Shown: positions 56,818 through 64,000 of the stretch, in pieces | How positions within the stretch are numbered: position 1 is the first letter of the stretch | Layout of the letters: each line of letters starts with the position of its first letter | Source of the DNA: Chrysomallon squamiferum | Taxonomy: Eukaryota; Animalia; Mollusca | Reading direction: 5' to 3' | NCBI GenBank assembly: GCA_012295275.1 | Contig: CM022670.1 | Location: 2,914,001 to 2,978,000, forward strand | DNA: 64,000 bases | Made by a program: the position numbers and the translations under genes | The notes under the pieces: model-generated | Database searches by the model: none | Told to the model about the DNA's origin: nothing | Seen by the model: the letters and a program-made list of their open reading frames with translations, nothing else

Positions 56818-56901
56818 TGTCTAAAGTGGGATTTGAACCCACGCCCACATTCACATTTAACACCTTGAGTCTGACACCTTAGACCATTCGTCCATCTTGA
56901 C
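56818..56901 (-). pseudogene. tRNA-Leu(CAA) pseudogene with internal deletions
   Basis: GTCAAGATGGACGAATGGTCTAAGGTGTCAGACTCAAG-GTGTTAAATGTGAA-TGTGGGCGTGGGTTCAAATCCCACTTTAGACA: substitutions in the acceptor and D arms, a retained intron fragment, and loss of the 3' anticodon strand (TTCTGG) and half of the variable arm. Confidence 0.88.
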
Positions 56902-57260
56902 ATACACATTTTTACAAGATTATAAATAAAAACGACATCATACATCTTGATTGAGAATAATTATTACATAATAGAAACAAAAGTCGAAAAAAAAAAAAAT
57001 AATAATAAACAAATAAAAAAATATAAAAAAATAAAATGATGAAAAAAAATAAAATAAAATCATAAAATATATAATTAAATATAATAATATATGAAAAACG
57101 AGAAAAAAATAAACAAAAACAAATCTTATTATTGACAATTTAAAGCAATAATATGATAATATATATCTTAAAATTACAGAAATGCACTAAATTCTGTTGT
57201 ATTAAACGCATATTATGTATAAAAATACAACAACAACAAAAAATAATAAAATAAAAATAT

Positions 57261-57375
57261 TGTCAGAAGTGGGATTTGAACCCACGCCCACATTCGTGGA
57301 CCAGAACACTCGTTCACATTACATGAAGGCATTATACCTTGAGTCTGGCGCCTTAGACCACTCGGCCATCCTGAC
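57261..57375 (-). tRNA. tRNA-Leu(CAA), 31-nt intron
   Basis: Exonic sequence identical to the 56139 copy; intron GTATAATGCCTTCATGTAATGTGAACGAGTG; TTTTT terminator downstream. Confidence 0.96.
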
Positions 57376-57639
57376 ATAACTATAACGTCAAATATATATT
57401 ACTAGACAGTAATAGCTATGGAAACTGCGTTATCAACAATGTTGATAATAACCGTTTTGCGTAACGGTAGGCACGCACTCACGTATATATGTAAGTAATT
57501 ATTACAAATGATGTTTTATTAGAACTAACTTTGCACAGTAAAATACGTAATGTATAAAATGTTATAATATTATTTGATATATAATTTTAATGGAAGGATA
57601 ATTGGATTAATCAAAAAATTCCGCATGAAGAAAATAAAT

Positions 57640-57689
<50 letters not shown>

Positions 57690-58263
57690 GTAAAACAAAA
57701 TATTAAAAAAGAGAGAATTGTTTTTAATGACTTTTCAATGTTAATCATACAGAGAATTTCTGACAACATTCATGTAATAATAAGAGAATTTTCCGTGACT
57801 TCTGTAATCCATAATAAATATTTAATATATAAATTTATTATATAATTTCTCGCTTTATTACAAACAACAGCAACAACACTACCGCCACCACAACGACAAC
57901 AACAACAACAGCAACAACAACAAAAGTAAATAAATAAATAATAGCTTTGGCAAATTACTGTCGGTTTCAGTTATTACAACATAATTTCGTTCGACATTAA
58001 ATACAGGGGCCATAAATCTAATGCCTCTACTTCGCCTTAGATTTTAAGAGTTACTTCCCTTATCGGTTTTCTTTCGTTTCATGACCTTCGTAAATAGATA
58101 TTAATGAAAACTGCTGTTAAATTATTGTTAATATAACGATGAAATGAAACGAAATACTAATATTTTCGTATCAACTAAAATGTGAGTGGGGAATATGTAA
58201 TGAGAAGAACTGACGCATCATCATCATACACACACATACACAGACAGACAAACCCACAGACAG

Positions 58264-58376
<113 letters not shown>

Positions 58377-59698
58377 TTCTTGAACAGAAATTGCACAGTA
58401 GTCTGGTATTATATAACTAACAGCATAAATCAAGATTATGTTTTCAGTATGTAGATATAACTAAGCCCACTAATGTGACAGCAGATGAAATATCTCCGCT
58501 CTAAAAACCCGAAGGACTTAATACCAGCAGATATACGACCAGTTAGCATTTACCTAGATTACCGGTTCCAATCCAAACACGGGTAAATAATAAAAAGGCT
58601 GTTTCAAACGTTGGAGGTGATTTCTGAAATTAGCCATAAACTGAGTTGCGTGTGAAAACTGATTTCATGACTTTCTATTATAAGTGGATTTGAAAGAAGA
58701 TAATAAAACCATTATGAATTTTTTATTATATATAATGTGTATAGATACCTTCGTTCATTGAAAAATCCCAGCAAAGGATCTGGACAGCAGGCATATCAAA
58801 TCTAAGAAAAACAAACTTTTGTCTGTCTGTCTTTATTTATTTATTTATCTGTTAGTTTATTTGTTTGTTTATATTTTCGATTTATATAATTATTTATTTG
58901 TTTCTTTATCTAATATCTTTAATTTCATATGGATAAAAAATATATATGTTTAAAAAAAATTGATATTCAAAAAGTTATTATTGTATTAATAGAGTGATAA
59001 TTAATTAAATTGATCTTCTATCATTGTTTTATAAACATTTAACATCCATTATTTTTTGGTAATACTGAGAATATGTTTTAATACTGCTACTGCTGCTACT
59101 GCTACTACTATTATCACTACCATCATCATCACCATCGTCATCATGATCATTATTATTACTTCTACTAAATTCTGATTCATCCTTAAAACTGTGTCAGCTA
59201 GTACACAATCCCATATATTTATGCTTTAACCGAAAATAGACGTGTACAGAAGAACACAGGATGGAAAAAATGGAAGATGTTAAACAATATTAATTGTTTA
59301 CCATTTAGCTCTTCTTAGAGACAACACGCTGCTTTTTCTAGTGCTGGACAAACCGCAAGAGCGATTACAAATTTGTCTAACCAGTTGACGTCCACGTTTT
59401 AGTTGTTTACAGGTAAGAAACACACACAATCACGCCCACACCTCACAAGCAGGCACGCGTTTTTGTTGGTGGGACCAGTAATACACATGTCATAATATTT
59501 GTAATTTGTTTTCAAGGTCGTCTGTTCCAAAAAAAAAAAAAAAAGTTCCAGAAGATTATTTTTAGAAGTGTTGGAAGAAACTTTTTTTTTTTGGACTGAG
59601 CTGACATAAATAAAAATAAAAATAAACTAATAATAATAAAAATAAAAAACAACATTTCTTTCTGGTTTTCCATTTCATGATCCGTGTGGTTGAGAAAG

Positions 59699-59782
<84 letters not shown>

Positions 59783-60519
59783 CTGAACACATACTGTTTA
59801 TAAATATACATAATTTGCTCATTGATTCGTTCGTTCGTTCGTTCCATCCTTCATTCTTTTGTTGATTCATTTATTCGTTCATTCATTTTCCCTTCAGTCT
59901 CTAATTAGCCGAATAAAAGCACGCTTTCATCTTTTTCTCATTTTACTTGAACGCTACACAAACAGTGGAGTTTAGGTTACTCGTGTCCGTTGGGGAGTTT
60001 TCAGTTTGTCACGTTTTGGAAGTGGCGTGGTTACCTGAGCCGAGTCACAGAGGACTTTCTTTGAACAAAAACCACTTTGATGGACGCCTCCACGTGCAAT
60101 TTGTAAAAAGACAACTCTCATGAAAGTACAAGTATGCTAAGTGGGTTGTCTCCCATTGTTGATTCAAAATGGATGAAAAGGTACTCCAAATATTGAAAAA
60201 CACATCGCTTCTTTTTCGTTTTCGTCTTCTCTTCTTCTTTGTATTTATAATTCTCGGAAATGTAAATATACATCTTTAATGAATAATGCAAATAAAAAGA
60301 TTGTATTGTGCGAGAACCTGGTTGTGATATAGAAGAATATAACAAAAATGTCGGTTATTCAACAGTGGTAGAGTTAAATATCTACAATTTAAACAGAGAA
60401 ATGAAATCTATATTAATGACCTAGATATTGATATAAAGAAGATGTGTCTCACACAATAAAATATTTTTCCTTTGAACTCATACACAACGTATTCTTTCAG
60501 CAATAGTCTAGCCATATTA

Positions 60520-60958
60520 CTGTTGTTGTTCTTATTGCTTTTATTATTATTATTATTGTTGTTGTATTATTATTGTTATTATTGGTGGTGTTGTTGTTGT
60601 TGTTGTTGTTATAGTAGTAGTAGTAGTACTAATAATAGTAATAATTGTAATAGTAGGAGAAGTAGCGGTGGAAGTAGTAGTAGTGATAGTAGTAGTAGCA
60701 ATAACAGTAGTAGCGGTAGTAGTAGCAATGGTGGTGGTAGTAGTGATAGTAATGGTGGTAATAGTAGAAATGGTGGTGGTAGTAGTAGTGGTGGTAGTAG
60801 TAGTGGTGGTAGTCGTAGTGGTGGTAGTAGTAGTGGTGGTAGTAGTAGTGGTGGTGGTACAATCAGCAATATTATTAGTGTGTGTGGTGGTAACGATAGT
60901 AATAATTAAGGTTAATATTTTTTGCTATATCTATTAGGTACTACTTTCATTATGACAT

Positions 60959-61020
<62 letters not shown>

Positions 61021-61035
61021 ACTAATAATAATAAC
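60520..61035. repeat. Compound trinucleotide repeat (TTG/TAG/TGG/TAC/TGC)
   Basis: Direct reading; yields the poly-S/G, poly-V and poly-Y/H ORFs. Confidence 0.9.
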
Positions 61036-61242
61036 AAAGCACACATATTTCTCATTTTTGTAATGTTACCTTCTCAGATTGCGATATTACAATAACAAAA
61101 TAATAATAATTATTATAATAATAATAAAAATTAATACACAAATATTAATATAGATTATATTACTAAGAAATTATATTTTAGTTATTATAATTTTCATGCT
61201 GATATTATAAAGACAATAAAAATATAATAAAATAAAAATATT

Positions 61243-61361
61243 TGTCAGAAGTGGGATTTGAACCCACGCCCACATTCGTGGACCAGAACACTCGTTCACG
61301 TTTAACACGTGAAGATAACAAACCTTGAGTCTGGCGCCTTAGACCACTCGGCCATCCTGAC
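61243..61361 (-). tRNA. tRNA-Leu(CAA), 35-nt intron
   Basis: Exonic sequence identical to the other copies; intron differs from the 56139 copy by one base; TTTTT terminator downstream. Confidence 0.96.
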
Positions 61362-62513
61362 ATGAAGAGTGCAATCAAATATATATTACTTGATGATAAG
61401 TGTAGCAGCAGCCATTATGGCAGAAGTGAAGGATGAAATGACAGTGATATAATTATTAGTAACAGTAGAAGTAATAATAGTAGTAGTAGTAGTAAAAATA
61501 ATAGTTTTTGGTAGAAATAGCGATAACAATAAGAGTTGTTGAAAGAGAAGTAATAACTATAGAAGTAGCAGTAATAGATTAGTAGTAATATAAGCAGCGG
61601 TATGAAAGAATGAATGAATGAATGAATGAATAACAATAACTGCAAATGTGGTTGTAGATTTTTCCTCTTGGAATAGATTCTTCAGAAATGATCGCTTCAG
61701 TCATATTTACTGAAGACAGTTGCAAGATGTGAATAGAGTTCTTAGAGACTTGAAATATGATCACAATAAATGAAAAACGAAACGTTTGATTTCTATAATA
61801 CCAGATATTCATACATCGTCCACTTTCGTGGTGAATACGTCGAGTTAAAGCGATCCTTCTCTTGTCAAAATGCGATAGTCCGCCATGTTTACCCACTTTG
61901 CCTCACCTGCCCAGGTGGGGGTGAGCGTGTTTACCTAAGTGACAAGGTGCTGTGTTCGAATGTCTGATCTTTGTATCTGTGTTGGTTATTCAGACAAACA
62001 GGTAAAAGGAAAATAATGTATTTCAACTGATGGGTTGAACAAACAATCACCGAGTGTTTATATCGCCATTGTGTCACGTGTGTTTGGTCTTTCTTCAGGA
62101 GTTCAATACGAAGTGAAATCTATCCTTCGTCTGGGTGTTGACAGTGTTTTCGCATATTACCAGTTTTAATACTCGCTGGTAATTTGCAGGCTTCTCAAAT
62201 GCCTGATGACGGAAAACGTCTGCACAAACAATAGTGCAACGAAACTCGCGTGCATCACTGTTCATTTAAAGATGTCATCAAAAACATACATACGTCATTA
62301 ACTTACTTGGTAAAACGAGATTTTAAATTATTTTAACAAGTCTAGTGATTTTTATTTGTTTTTGAGTAGCCATTAGTTAAACAAAACTCAGGCATAAACC
62401 ATGTTCACTCAAGCAGTGCAGATAGCACGCTTTCCACATGTTTTGTTATTTAATTATTAATTTATTAATTTATTTATTCAATAAACAAATGAATAATTTC
62501 TTCTTCTTCTTCT

Positions 62514-62567
<54 letters not shown>

Positions 62568-64000
62568 TAATAATAATAGTTTTTATTTTATTTTACCTTT
62601 GACTAAGACCTAACCTTGGTTATGCCTGTGACGTCTGTAGACACTAATATTATAATTAAGGATACGATGATAAATCATCAGCCCTAACACTGCAGCATAA
62701 ACCTGAATACCCACACTACTGCATTAACTTTTACAAATGTTTCATGTTTGAATAATATCTATGTTGTGAAAAAATATCAAAAAATAAAAAAATAAAAAAT
62801 AAAATAAAATAAATAAATAAACAAATAAATGTCTTCTAAGAGATAAAGAACAAAAACACATTTTTTCCTTCCGACATAGATTATTGTAAGTAAAAGTAAA
62901 ATGGAATAAATAAATAAATATTTAAATAAACAACTTACGTTAGCAGTTGGGACATTAGCAGAATTATACCGTGAAAAATATAAAATAAATGAATGAATTA
63001 ATTTAATTATTTGCTGTAAGAAAACAAAAACGAAACTAGTTTAATACTAAACAGAAACGGACCTTAAATAACACAGAACAAAACAAGGTAACAGTCTTGA
63101 AAATACTTTTATATCTGTCTACAGAAGACATATTTCTAGCTATGTAGTAAAGAAAGGGTGAACCAAAACCAGAACACAATATTCAGCTGCTGTCACGGAA
63201 ACAGACTTTCATATAAAAAATGATTAAGAATTCAGCCAAGTGAGAATTACGGGTTTCTATCATGTTTCCTGCAACACACGACTCAACAAAACATTCCTCG
63301 TTTTATTCGGTCTCTGCTCGGTCAGTTGCGTTGTGTTAAGTGTCACTGGCAGTCTCGCTTTTCCAGTACATTTATCTTTATATCTGTCTTCTCAAAGTCT
63401 CGACACGTCCCCGAGTTTTATGTGCATTTGACTCCAATTTAAAAGCACCACCATAAACGTTATACAGCCATTTCGAGAAACGCTTATAAACGAACGCTAA
63501 AGACTTGTGTTCAGATGTTCAAGTTCTGTAACGCACTGAGACAAATCTCTGGCTATTATAACGAAATCGTGTGCTTTCATGCCCCAGCTGGTGTTGGTAG
63601 TTAAGGAGAACATTGTCAGAGATATCGGGAAATGATCCGTGGTTGGTTAAATATATCATTTTGTATAGACAAGAAAAGGTATGGTTCTCCTTCTGAAATG
63701 CTGAATAGACACTGATTTGTTCTGAAATAAAATGCTATCGTTTTAACGATAATGAGTATCCGAGTAGCTAATCATCCTTTAATTTTACGAGTTCAGAAAA
63801 GACATTTACGATAAAATATGTTCTCTTCGTTCTAGCTATTGTTAGAGTGGAAATAGAGAGACTATTTGAAAAATTCAATGAAACTATGATATATATCTTG
63901 AATTTGGGTTTTGTAGATTTGTGATTAAATGTGTATTAATTTTTTCGTTTGCTTTGTTTATATTAAAATAAATATGAAAACGAATAATAAATATATAAAC

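Noticed and set aside
60472-60937. Gly/Ser-rich secreted-looking ORF and poly-Val, poly-Tyr/His ORFs
   Set aside because: All arise from a compound trinucleotide repeat open in several frames; no splice or homology support.

Overview
AT-rich, microsatellite-dense animal (invertebrate) genomic DNA; a mollusc is my guess from gene content and repeat style, not something the sequence proves. Almost every ORF in the supplied track is a microsatellite artefact; the real genes are spliced. By hand I reconstruct: (1) an 11-coding-exon cytochrome P450 on + (13233-32304, ~507 aa) whose only lesion is one extra G in the I-helix AGHE codons, and which uses a GC-AG intron; (2) a complete 20-exon inturned (intu) gene on - (50050-39426, 1087 aa) with a 25-nt microexon and a four-fold duplicated splice donor; (3) a 2.84-kb decayed Sola2-like DNA transposon with ~630-bp inverted repeats (9307-12150); (4) three intron-containing tRNA-Leu(CAA) genes plus a deleted pseudogene, sharing an upstream TATA-like box; (5) two low-confidence spliced, apparently non-coding transcripts on -; and many mini/microsatellites, several anchored at splice sites. 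I see no CRISPR array or prokaryotic system and cannot support a claim of a wholly new biological system. The best leads are the P450 (frameshift, unusual motif set), the rebuilt transposon arm and the splice-site-anchored tandem repeats.
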